Below, piece after piece: positions 16,221 to 24,621 of a DNA stretch of 64,000 nt (positions within the stretch are counted from its first letter, which is position 1; each line of letters opens with the position of its first letter). Source of the stretch: an uncultured Candidatus Saccharibacteria bacterium (GTDB lineage: Bacteria; Patescibacteriota; Saccharimonadia; Saccharimonadales; JBBQAJ01); assembly GCA_964593805.1 (NCBI GenBank), contig CAZQHP010000001.1:64091-128090 (forward strand), in the 5' to 3' direction. The translations under genes were made by a program, and so were the position numbers. The notes under the pieces were generated by a model, which worked only from the letters and a program-made list of their open reading frames with translations, did not search any database and was not told the DNA's origin.

Positions 16221-17306
16221 ATGGCTACGTACAAGGTAATTCAGGATATTGAGTCGGAAGACAAACTGCTGGGGCCGCTTACGCTGAGGCAATTTGTCTA
16301 TGCGGCTATTGTTGTGATGATGGGTTTCCTGGCTTTCAAACTGGCGGCGGTCAGCTCGCTGTTTGTTGTCCCGTTTATCTTGCCTATGGCATTTTTTAGC
16401 CTTTTGGCCGCGCCGTTCGGCCACGACCAATCGTCTGAGGTTTGGCTGCTGGCAAAAATTGGCTTTTTTCTAAAGCCGCGGCGGCGCATCTGGGACCAGG
16501 GCGGTATGCAAGAACTGGTGACCATAACGGCGCCTAAAAAACTGGAGCAGCACCTGACGGACGGACTGACTCAAATGGAAGTCAAAAGCCGTTTGCAAGC
16601 GCTGGCCAACACCATAGACAGCCGCGGCTGGGCCGTCAAAAACGTCAATGTGAATCTGTTTAACCAGCCGTCTTATTTGACCAGCGGCACAGGCTCTGAC
16701 CGTTTGGTAGATGGCAGCAGCCTGCCCCAAGCCGTGCCAAATTATGAAATCGTCGCGGCCGATGACATATTGGACGAAACGAGCAACCCGACCGCCCAGC
16801 ATCTGGACGCTATGATTAGCCAATCCGAACAGGCCCACCGCGAAACGCTGGTAGCGGCTGTGCGAAACGGTCCCCAGCCAGCAGCGCCGCCGGCAGATTA
16901 CTGGTTTATGAATCAGTCTGCCAGCCCTCCACAGCCAAAACCCGGCTATGCTACGTTTGACGGCGGCTCAACCATCGCGCCCGGGGCAACCCCGGCAGAT
17001 GATAGGCAAGTATCAGACTCTGGGACGGCAGAGCAGGAACTGCTAAACCAAATTCACCGTGAAAACTCCAGGCCAAACCCAGCCTACGGCCATATGCGCG
17101 TGCTTGATCCAGCCGGCGCTAAACAAACAAGCCAAGCCCCGCCAAGTGCCAACACTACCCCTATGCGGGCGCGGCAAGACAACGCCAAAGCCGACCTGGC
17201 ACGACTAGCGGCCAACGACGACTTAAACGTTTCTACTATTGCCAGAGAAGCCAACAAAGCCGCCAAACAGCCCCCGGATGACGAAGTAGTTATTAGCTTG
17301 CGCTAA
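16221..17306 (+). CDS. PrgI/VirB3-like membrane protein with a long low-complexity C-terminal extension
   Basis: The N-terminus VIQDIESEDKLLGPLTLRQFVYAAIVVMMGFLAFKLAAVSSLFVVPFILPMAFF resembles the PrgI-family pattern (acidic lead-in, LTLRQF, two TM helices). The rest is Pro/Ala/Gln-rich. Confidence 0.65.
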   Translation: MATYKVIQDIESEDKLLGPLTLRQFVYAAIVVMMGFLAFKLAAVSSLFVVPFILPMAFFSLLAAPFGHDQSSEVWLLAKIGFFLKPRRRIWDQGGMQELVTITAPKKLEQHLTDGLTQMEVKSRLQALANTIDSRGWAVKNVNVNLFNQPSYLTSGTGSDRLVDGSSLPQAVPNYEIVAADDILDETSNPTAQHLDAMISQSEQAHRETLVAAVRNGPQPAAPPADYWFMNQSASPPQPKPGYATFDGGSTIAPGATPADDRQVSDSGTAEQELLNQIHRENSRPNPAYGHMRVLDPAGAKQTSQAPPSANTTPMRARQDNAKADLARLAANDDLNVSTIAREANKAAKQPPDDEVVISLR

Positions 17307-17307
17307 T

Positions 17308-17340
17308 GAGTACTGAGCCGAGAGTCCTGAGTCCGGAGTC
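17308..17340. repeat. Arm of the inverted repeat enclosing the second four-helix-bundle gene
   Basis: GAGTACTGAGCCGAGAGTCCTGAGTCCGGAGTC matches the reverse complement of 17711-17746 at 29 of 33 positions. The perfect 15-nt core is GAGAGTCCTGAGTCC (17320-17334). Confidence 0.85.
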
Positions 17341-17689
17341 AAGAGGGAAGGCTTCGGATAAATCCTGCTAGTAACTTTGAAACTTCATCTGTCTTTTGTA
17401 GAAGTTCTGCTTGTTTTTCACGTTTTAGATAACCTAGATCTGGAGCAACCAAGAGCATTGATTCTACTTCTGCGGCAGAACCCTTGGCAATAGACAAAAA
17501 GTTTTTGAATGACTTGTCACTCCTTTTGGCATAACCTTCCGCTATATTGTTCATAATTGATATTGAAGCTCTTTGGATTTGATCCTTGAAGCCATAGTCC
17601 CGACAGTTTTGAAAGGATTTATAGATATCGACTGTCAAATCGTGCGCTTTCTGCCATGCCAATATATCTTTGAATGATCGAATAGCCAT
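17339..17689 (-). CDS. Four-helix-bundle protein (23S rRNA intervening-sequence protein / Avd-like family), second copy
   Basis: ILAWQKAHDLTVDIYK...FKDQIQRASISIMNNIAEGYAKRS...FLSIAKGSAAEVESML. It is a clear paralogue of the 9391-9726 protein. Confidence 0.85.
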   Translation of the reverse strand: MAIRSFKDILAWQKAHDLTVDIYKSFQNCRDYGFKDQIQRASISIMNNIAEGYAKRSDKSFKNFLSIAKGSAAEVESMLLVAPDLGYLKREKQAELLQKTDEVSKLLAGFIRSLPS

Positions 17690-17710
17690 TTCCCATATTC
17701 TAGCATTTTC

Positions 17711-17746
17711 CCGTACTCTGGACTCAGGACTCTCAGCTCTGTACTC
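17711..17746. repeat. Opposite arm of the inverted repeat enclosing the second four-helix-bundle gene
   Basis: CCGTACTCTGGACTCAGGACTCTCAGCTCTGTACTC. The core GGACTCAGGACTCTC is at 17720-17734. Confidence 0.85.
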
Positions 17747-17760
17747 TAAACGGCTTCGCC

Positions 17761-17769
17761 TGGTATACT
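17761..17769 (+). promoter_or_regulatory. Candidate extended -10 promoter (TGgTATACT) for the downstream T4SS genes
   Basis: TGGTATACT lies 57 nt upstream of the ATG at 17826. The near-palindrome ATGCAAATGCAT (17787-17798) lies between the box and the start codon. No convincing -35. Confidence 0.3.
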
Positions 17770-17825
17770 AAAGCGTAACTGTAATCATGCAAATGCATAC
17801 AAGACTTTAGGTGGGCCAAACATTC

Positions 17826-18743
17826 ATGGATCCAAACAATACACCCCCATACAATCCGCAACAATCACCGCCAGGACCAGCTGTTGGCGGGCAGCCGTAT
17901 ATTGCGCCTGAGGCTCCATTACCCAGCGGCAGCTATAACCCAAACATCCCTTTGCAACCGCTGGCGCAGTACGGCGCCAACCAAGCCCCGCCGGTAAACG
18001 CGCCGCACCTGAAGTCCAACCCAAACAGCACTCAAAACACCCTGCAGATTGCCGAAATCCGCGACGGGATTGTGATTATGAATGACGGCAGTTTTCGTTC
18101 GGTTATCATGGTAAAATCTATCAACTTTGACCTCATGAGCCCTGATGAGCGTGAAGCTGTGGAGTTTAGCTACCAGGGCTTTTTGAATTCACTCTATTTC
18201 CCCATTCAGATTTTTGTGCGTTCGCAAAAAGTAGATTTGCGGCCGTACATTGACCGCCTGGACAAAATTCGTTCCGAGCACGACAACATGCTGCTGGCGC
18301 TGCTTATGGAAGATTACATTGGCTTTATTGCCGACTTGAGCCAGCAGACGAACATTATGGACAAGAAATTTTACGTTGTTATCCCGTACTTCCCGGTAGC
18401 GGACATCACCAAGGCCATAACCCAAAGCAAAAACTTTTTTAGCGGCCTGAAAGGGCTGTTCAACAACAAGCAGCAGCACGTCACCATAAACGAAGCCGAC
18501 CTGAACAAGGCCAAAGACGAATTGCGCAACCGTGTGCAGGCCGTCCTGGCGGGGCTAATGCAGTGTTCTGTGCAGGGGTTGCCGCTAGATACGCAGGAAC
18601 TGATTGAGCTGTATTACGACACTTACAACCCAGACACTGCTACCAGGCAGCAGCTCAAAAATTTTAGTGATTTATCCGCGCCAGTGGTAGAAAAAGGCGA
18701 AGGCGCGGCTTACCAGCCAAATCTGGATAGGGAGCTACAATGA
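17826..18743 (+). CDS. T4SS-associated protein: Pro-rich N-terminus plus a domain resembling the non-ATPase N-terminal region of VirB4-family proteins
   Basis: I moved the start to the ATG at 17826. The pattern LQIAEIRDGIVIMNDGSFRSVIMVKSINFDLMSPDEREAVEFSYQGFLNSLYFPIQIFVRSQKVDLRPY recalls N-termini of monoderm VirB4/TraE-type proteins. It has no Walker motifs. Confidence 0.6.
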   Translation: MDPNNTPPYNPQQSPPGPAVGGQPYIAPEAPLPSGSYNPNIPLQPLAQYGANQAPPVNAPHLKSNPNSTQNTLQIAEIRDGIVIMNDGSFRSVIMVKSINFDLMSPDEREAVEFSYQGFLNSLYFPIQIFVRSQKVDLRPYIDRLDKIRSEHDNMLLALLMEDYIGFIADLSQQTNIMDKKFYVVIPYFPVADITKAITQSKNFFSGLKGLFNNKQQHVTINEADLNKAKDELRNRVQAVLAGLMQCSVQGLPLDTQELIELYYDTYNPDTATRQQLKNFSDLSAPVVEKGEGAAYQPNLDRELQ

Positions 18744-18844
18744 TTTCATCATTTCAAAGTTCAAATATTTGTGATTTGAGTTTTGTTTTTTCTTTGTTAT
18801 CTGCTGCTTGGCATTTGAATTTTACCTCCGAAGGAGGTCTCTAG
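18740..18844 (+). CDS. Candidate 34-aa micro-ORF filling the whole gap between two T4SS genes
   Basis: Its ATG overlaps the upstream stop (ATGA), and its TAG stop is immediately followed by the virB4 ATG (TAGATG). Peptide: MISSFQSSNICDLSFVFSLLSAAWHLNFTSEGGL. This is speculative. Confidence 0.35.
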   Translation: MISSFQSSNICDLSFVFSLLSAAWHLNFTSEGGL

Positions 18845-20770
18845 ATGGCATTTGGCAAACAAAACCCTCAGCTTGACCCAGTGGCACTGGCGCAGCAGCA
18901 GCAAATGCGCGAGCAACAAGAAGTGCAAGCCGCTTTCCAAAAAGGCGTTACGGCCCTGCGCGATTTTATAGCTCCAAGTTCATTGGTTTATAGTGCCAGT
19001 CATTTTCAGATTGGTACGCGCATAGCACGAACTTACTACATATACGGTTTTCCCAGGCAGGTTTTTACCGGCTGGCTGTCCAGTATGGTCAATATGGATG
19101 AGGTTATAGACCTGTCTATGTTTGTCTATCCGGTTGAAAGCCAGGTAGTACTAGAAAACTTGCGCAAAAAAGTTTCTCAGCTGGAAGCGGGCCTGCAAAT
19201 AGATGCCGAAAAAGGCCGCGTGCGCGACCCAGGCAAACAAGCAGCCATATCCGACGCTGAAGAAATGCGCGACAAGCTGCAGGTGGGTGAAGAGCGTTTT
19301 TTCCGCTTTGGTATTTATTTCACAATCTACGGTTCCTCCATGGATGAACTGGAGTTTGTGTCTCATAAAGTAGAATCCGTGCTGGGCCAGCAATTGGTGT
19401 ATTCCAAACCAGCCACTTCCCAGCAAGAACAGGGATTCAACAGTACTGTGCCGCAGTTTAGCGACCAGTTGCAGATAAAGCGCAATTTCAGCACCGGTGC
19501 ACTCAGCACCACTTTTCCGTTTACCAGCGCCGACTTAACTCAAGACACTGGAATCCTGTATGGCATAAATATGCACAATTCGGGGCTGGTCATCTTTGAC
19601 CGTTTCTCACTGGAAAATGGTAACTCAGTAGTGTTTGCCAAATCTGGCGCCGGCAAAAGTTTTACCGTCAAACTGGAAGCTTTACGCAGCATGATGTACG
19701 GCACAGAAATTTTCATAATTGACCCGGAAAACGAATACCAGCGCATGTCTGAAGCCGTAGGCGGCGCTTACGTTCGCCTTAGTTTAAATTCAAACGTCCG
19801 TATTAATCCGTTCGATTTGCCAAAAGTCGTGGACTCCGAGGAAGCCGACAACGCGCTTCGCAGCAACCTGATCACGCTGCATGGCTTGCTAAGGCTGATG
19901 ATGGGCGGCGCCCAGGCTCAAATGGCCGCAGCAGGCACCGGCGGCCAACCAGTCTACGCCCCAGCACTAACGCCTGCCGAAGAGGCAGATTTAGACTCGG
20001 CGCTGATAGAAACTTACGCCAAAGCCGGCATAACCAACGACCCGCTGACGCACAATTCCCAGCCGCCAACCGTGAACGATCTTTATGATACGCTGCTCCA
20101 TATGGGCGGCACGGGGCCGCAGCTGGCCCAGCGCCTGCGCAAATATACCACCGGAACCTTCGCTGGCATTTTCAGCCAGCAAAGCAACATAGACATCAAC
20201 AACCCGCTGGTGGTGTTTAACATTCGCGATTTGGAAGATGAACTGCGCCCCGTGGCCATGTACATCGTCCTGAACTTTATCTGGAACAAAACCAAGTCCG
20301 ACCAGAAAAAGCGCCTGTTGATAGTAGACGAAGCTTGGCAGTTGATGAAATACGAAGACTCGGCAAACTTTTTGTTCAGCTTGGCCAAACGCGCCCGTAA
20401 GTACAACTTAGGCATTACTACCATCACCCAGGACGTGGAAGATTTCATGGGCTCGCGCATGGGCCGGGCAATCGTGGCCAACGCCAGTTTGCAAATACTG
20501 CTCAAGCAGTCCAGTTCCGCGGTTGACGTCCTTTCAGACACTTTCAAACTGACCAGCGAGGAGAAAAAGCGTCTCAGCCAGTTCCCGGTAGGCCAGGGCT
20601 TATTCTTTGCCGGCCAAAACCACGTGCACATCCAGATTACTGCCAGCCCCACAGAAACCGGCCTAATCACCACCAACCCCCAGCAAGTACAAGCCATGGA
20701 GCAACAGGGCGAGTTGAATCAGCCTCAGGGAACCATAGACCTGCAAAACCGCTTAACGCCAGGTTTATAA
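18845..20770 (+). CDS. virB4: VirB4-family T4SS ATPase
   Basis: Walker A is AKSGAGKSFT, Walker B is RLLIVDEAWQL, and a late TTITQDVEDF motif is present. The N-terminal FIAPSS...YYIYGFPRQVFTGWLSSMV pattern is typical of VirB4. SD GAAGGAGG lies upstream. Confidence 0.88.
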   Translation: MAFGKQNPQLDPVALAQQQQMREQQEVQAAFQKGVTALRDFIAPSSLVYSASHFQIGTRIARTYYIYGFPRQVFTGWLSSMVNMDEVIDLSMFVYPVESQVVLENLRKKVSQLEAGLQIDAEKGRVRDPGKQAAISDAEEMRDKLQVGEERFFRFGIYFTIYGSSMDELEFVSHKVESVLGQQLVYSKPATSQQEQGFNSTVPQFSDQLQIKRNFSTGALSTTFPFTSADLTQDTGILYGINMHNSGLVIFDRFSLENGNSVVFAKSGAGKSFTVKLEALRSMMYGTEIFIIDPENEYQRMSEAVGGAYVRLSLNSNVRINPFDLPKVVDSEEADNALRSNLITLHGLLRLMMGGAQAQMAAAGTGGQPVYAPALTPAEEADLDSALIETYAKAGITNDPLTHNSQPPTVNDLYDTLLHMGGTGPQLAQRLRKYTTGTFAGIFSQQSNIDINNPLVVFNIRDLEDELRPVAMYIVLNFIWNKTKSDQKKRLLIVDEAWQLMKYEDSANFLFSLAKRARKYNLGITTITQDVEDFMGSRMGRAIVANASLQILLKQSSSAVDVLSDTFKLTSEEKKRLSQFPVGQGLFFAGQNHVHIQITASPTETGLITTNPQQVQAMEQQGELNQPQGTIDLQNRLTPGL

Positions 20771-20779
20771 TGATTTGGC

Positions 20780-23416
20780 GTGAGGAAACAAGACATCGTG
20801 AGCAGTAACGACCTCTTGGACGAGGAAGAGAAGGCTGGCCAGCATGATAATCTGGGTGTTCACCCTGAGCACCGTGAAGCTGAGGCCGACGAACTGGAAA
20901 ATCTTTATAATGCTTCGTCTGCTGTCGGATCTCAAGACGATGGCCAGATACCTTATCGTGATGAAGGTAAAAAAATTAGCCGTATATCTCGGGCGCGCGC
21001 CAGGCTTAAAAACCCTAGACTAAATAAACGCATAGGAGTTTTAGTTCTTGGCTCAACTGGGATAGCTCTTATTGGTCTTATTTTATTGATGTTGTTTATG
21101 ATTAATAGTCTTAAGCTGCAAAACCTTGCCGCCCATATTACCGAGCAAAATTTAACTCGTCTCTTCCGTGACAATAAAAACGCAACCGAAAATGCTATGG
21201 CAGAAAGCCTTGGTAAAGATGTCGAAAACCAAACAGGCAGAAGTCTAGTTAGGAACCTCAAAGATCAATACGGGAATCTCCGCAGTTCCACCTGGGGAAA
21301 GCTTGACGCCATACGGCCGCAAAAGGTTTTGGATAACCTGCATAGCGGGGGTCAAATCGAATACGTCTACAACGAGGTGGAGCGAGGATTTTTACCAGGC
21401 AAGAAACTAGTCCTAAGCGAAGTAAGAATTAACGGGGAATCTATCACGGTAGCCGATGAAAGATTTGGACGCGTTTTTTCCAATACCGGCGAGCGCATTC
21501 GTTTCAGCCAAGAAGCAGGCGCGGCTTTCAAGCGAGCTACGCCCGAAACCTTTGGCATTATTCGTAGCCGAGCGTATAGCAAGTTGCTGGATGGACTGGG
21601 TATTAAACTACGCCTGTGGGAAAAATTAGCAGTAGGCTTTAAAGGAAAAAGTGTCCAAGAAGCATTTAGCCTGCAACAACAACAAATTGCCGAAAAGACT
21701 TACAAAGGTAGCCAAGTCGAAGGAAGCACGGTAAACGAAGTAAAGAAGGGTGCAGAGGGCACAGAGTCAAGAATAAAAGATACCATAAAAAATACTGAAG
21801 GCGACGAATTTAAACTTGGTAGATTCAAGCAGTCTCTCGAGAACACAAAAATTAAAGTCACTACATACAAAGATAGCGTTAGAACTAGCATAGAAAGCAC
21901 GCTTGGCGCACAGGGAACAAGTAATTTAGTTAAAGCTGCTAGTACGGTCAGTGGTATTTATAAAATTGCTTTCCCGGTGTGTTTAATATATGACGGTTCA
22001 GTAGTAAACAATGCTGGCCCAATAGACGATAAAAGCCGAGCACTTCAGAGCGAAGGATACCAAATTTTGTCGGGGTCTGACCAAACGAAAGTGGGTGCAA
22101 CCGTGCCTGAAGCACGGGGTGCATTTGACAACAAACTGGGCAATATATCCTCATCGGTGCCTGAGCGTATTGCTAGGGGTGAAGTTGTTGATACGTCAAA
22201 AGTACTTACAGGCCCGGACCGACCGCAAGCTGGCGGCAACGGAAGTCTGTCTACAGATACAGAAAGCATACTGACAGCTACTGTTGGTAGTAATGTAGTC
22301 GTTGATAATCTTGATGCGGTTGTGCAAAAGATTTGTCCAATAGTTACTAAGCCAGAGATCATACTTGTTGACGTTGCGCTTCAGGTACTGCTCGCAACAT
22401 TAACGGGCGGAACAAGTGCGGCGGCCGAACAAGGAGCAATAGAAGGAGTGGAGCGAACAACCTCTATTTTAGCCGCCAATGCGGGTTCAGAACTTGCCGA
22501 ACAAATTGCAGTTCAAGGAACATCGCAAGCACTAAAACAAGTTGCCGAAAGAACTCTTGCTCAAAAAGTAAAAGGATTGATTGTAAGGATAGGTGCTCAA
22601 ACAGCCGCCATAACGGGTGTTACATATCTGGCCAAAATGCAGGTGCTTAATCGAACCAGTGGTACTTACGTAGGATTGGATGGCGGTAACGATTATGCTA
22701 CGCAGGGTGCGGTCGGTGCGGAACTCAATATGAACGAAGGGGAACGCCAGGTTGCCATGGGCAGAATACAGACTCCTGAAGAAATTGAACAAAATGATAA
22801 ACTTGACCTTGCCTACCTGAACCAGAAGACTGCTGAAAAAAGTCCGTTTGAGCGTTATTTTGCCGTCAGCAATCCAAATTCACTGGTAACACTCACGGGT
22901 AGCTGGGTGCTGGGGAAATCTCATAATATATTGCAGCCCGGACAAATTAGCCAGTTCTTTTCCGGTATTTTTAAGGGTGTGGGCTCGACTTTTGCGAGTC
23001 TGGCTAGCAAGCCATTTAACGGCACGGTTCGAGCCGCCGCCCCTATAGATAGACATTACGGCATCATCCAGTGGGGTTGGTCTGCGGAAGAAAACAATTT
23101 AGCCGACAATGACCCCCGCTACGGCATGCTTGCAAACGCAGAATACTGGGAACAATCAGTATCCGAACAATCGAAAAAAGATATACAGGAAAAGTATGGT
23201 GTTTGTTTTACAGATTCCATTGGTACGCTACTCAAAGATGGAAAAATTAAACGCGATGAAAGCGGCACGGTTACCGGTGGCGCCTGCAAACCTGAAAACC
23301 TAGGCCCCAATAACCCTGAGGGTTTTGGAGATCTCGTCTTTCGCTATCGCTTATTCAATCGCTACAACAATGTATTGGACAATTTGGGCGATATCCAGAA
23401 CGTAGGTAGCCAGTAA
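20780..23416 (+). CDS. Large (878 aa) single-pass membrane-anchored protein of unknown function, T4SS-linked
   Basis: Continuous ORF with a GTG start. An acidic cytoplasmic N-terminus is followed by one TM (IGVLVLGSTGIALIGLILLMLFMI) and a roughly 760-aa ectodomain. No family recognised. Confidence 0.65.
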   Translation: MRKQDIVSSNDLLDEEEKAGQHDNLGVHPEHREAEADELENLYNASSAVGSQDDGQIPYRDEGKKISRISRARARLKNPRLNKRIGVLVLGSTGIALIGLILLMLFMINSLKLQNLAAHITEQNLTRLFRDNKNATENAMAESLGKDVENQTGRSLVRNLKDQYGNLRSSTWGKLDAIRPQKVLDNLHSGGQIEYVYNEVERGFLPGKKLVLSEVRINGESITVADERFGRVFSNTGERIRFSQEAGAAFKRATPETFGIIRSRAYSKLLDGLGIKLRLWEKLAVGFKGKSVQEAFSLQQQQIAEKTYKGSQVEGSTVNEVKKGAEGTESRIKDTIKNTEGDEFKLGRFKQSLENTKIKVTTYKDSVRTSIESTLGAQGTSNLVKAASTVSGIYKIAFPVCLIYDGSVVNNAGPIDDKSRALQSEGYQILSGSDQTKVGATVPEARGAFDNKLGNISSSVPERIARGEVVDTSKVLTGPDRPQAGGNGSLSTDTESILTATVGSNVVVDNLDAVVQKICPIVTKPEIILVDVALQVLLATLTGGTSAAAEQGAIEGVERTTSILAANAGSELAEQIAVQGTSQALKQVAERTLAQKVKGLIVRIGAQTAAITGVTYLAKMQVLNRTSGTYVGLDGGNDYATQGAVGAELNMNEGERQVAMGRIQTPEEIEQNDKLDLAYLNQKTAEKSPFERYFAVSNPNSLVTLTGSWVLGKSHNILQPGQISQFFSGIFKGVGSTFASLASKPFNGTVRAAAPIDRHYGIIQWGWSAEENNLADNDPRYGMLANAEYWEQSVSEQSKKDIQEKYGVCFTDSIGTLLKDGKIKRDESGTVTGGACKPENLGPNNPEGFGDLVFRYRLFNRYNNVLDNLGDIQNVGSQ

Positions 23417-24603
23417 TGTTACGCCGACTTTTGTCCTGCTTGGCAATTGTATTGATACTTATGCCTTCCGTAGCGCAAGCACAACTTACTCAGGGCGATC
23501 TGGGATCAATACTAGGTGGTACGGAATTCTACGATCCAGTTGCCGAAAATTGCTCGGCGGTAGGTACAACTGCTCTGTCCGGCAGCGACAAAGCCGCTAA
23601 AGTTTACTACTATTTGACTGGCAGGGGGCTGTCTCCCGAACAAGCCGCCGGTGTTATGGGGAATCTTGAACCGGAATCCGGATTTATACCCGATAACCAA
23701 GAAAATAATATACCTTTCCCAAATGGCGGGTGGGGTATTGCCCAGTGGACCGCCGGACGGCGCGATTCACTTGTGTCTGCCGTTTTAGCGGTCGGGCTGC
23801 CGTATACGAACGAACAAACCCCGCCAGACCAAATGGATGCATTATTAGCCTTTGAATTAGACTATCTTTACAACGAATCAAATGGACGCCAATCCAGAAC
23901 ATATCCGGATATAAAGGAGTGGGAGGGGTTAAAACGGCAGACTACTGCCAAAGACGCGGCTTATTACTGGGAATATAATTTTGAGCGTCCGAAAGTAGCT
24001 GGACAACAAATTAGAATCGATGCCGCTGAAAAGTTTTTGGCGCAGTTTGGCGGGGCAACAAGTTCTGGCGCAATCGCAACGGGCTGTAGTGCTTCGCTGG
24101 GAGGAACTGCGGGCGCTAGCGCAGACCAAGATACTTCTGCGATGCAGTGCCCTGCCGGTACAACCGATGCGGGCGTTGTACAAGACTATGGGCCAGGCAG
24201 GGTTCCAACTGTCAAAATCCGGCTGTGTGATCTGCCGACAGTTACCCAAGTGAACGCCAGCATTACCCAAGCCGCGCTAGATATGGTTACCGCCATAGAA
24301 AAGGCCGGTCTTGAGGTTTCTGGCGATGCATGGCGATCATATGACGAACAGGCGGCTTTAAGGGACAGCAACGGCTGCCCAGACGTTGACATCAGTCCAT
24401 CAAGTTCATGTAGAGTTCCTACAGCTAAGGCTGGTTCTGGTACACATGAAGTGGGATTAGCAATTGACTTCAACGACATGTGCTTCCCAAATGCAACCTG
24501 TCCTTCTAGCGCGGCCTGGCGGTGGTTGATGGAAAATGGCGGTACGTACGGATTCAAGAAAAACTCCGACGAGGCCTGGCATTGGTCTCCAACAGGCAAC
24601 TAG
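23416..24603 (+). CDS. Secreted bifunctional cell-wall hydrolase: lysozyme-like domain plus VanY/M15-type peptidase domain (VirB1 analogue)
   Basis: Signal peptide MLRRLLSCLAIVLILMPSVAQAQ. AAGVMGNLEPESGF...GWGIAQWTAGRR is a phage-tail-lysozyme-like pattern. The C-terminal SGDAWRSYDEQ...GSGTHEVGLAIDF...EAWHW shows the HxxxxxxD...H zinc ligands of M15 peptidases. There is a 1-nt overlap with the upstream stop. Confidence 0.75.
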   Translation: MLRRLLSCLAIVLILMPSVAQAQLTQGDLGSILGGTEFYDPVAENCSAVGTTALSGSDKAAKVYYYLTGRGLSPEQAAGVMGNLEPESGFIPDNQENNIPFPNGGWGIAQWTAGRRDSLVSAVLAVGLPYTNEQTPPDQMDALLAFELDYLYNESNGRQSRTYPDIKEWEGLKRQTTAKDAAYYWEYNFERPKVAGQQIRIDAAEKFLAQFGGATSSGAIATGCSASLGGTAGASADQDTSAMQCPAGTTDAGVVQDYGPGRVPTVKIRLCDLPTVTQVNASITQAALDMVTAIEKAGLEVSGDAWRSYDEQAALRDSNGCPDVDISPSSSCRVPTAKAGSGTHEVGLAIDFNDMCFPNATCPSSAAWRWLMENGGTYGFKKNSDEAWHWSPTGN

Positions 24604-24621
24604 TAAAAGAAGGGTAGTTAA

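Noticed and set aside
9391-17689. Diversity-generating retroelement (DGR), suggested by the two Avd-like four-helix-bundle genes
   Set aside because: There is no reverse transcriptase ORF and no template/variable repeat pair with A-specific mismatches in the window. The flanking repeats are inverted stems, not TR/VR pairs.
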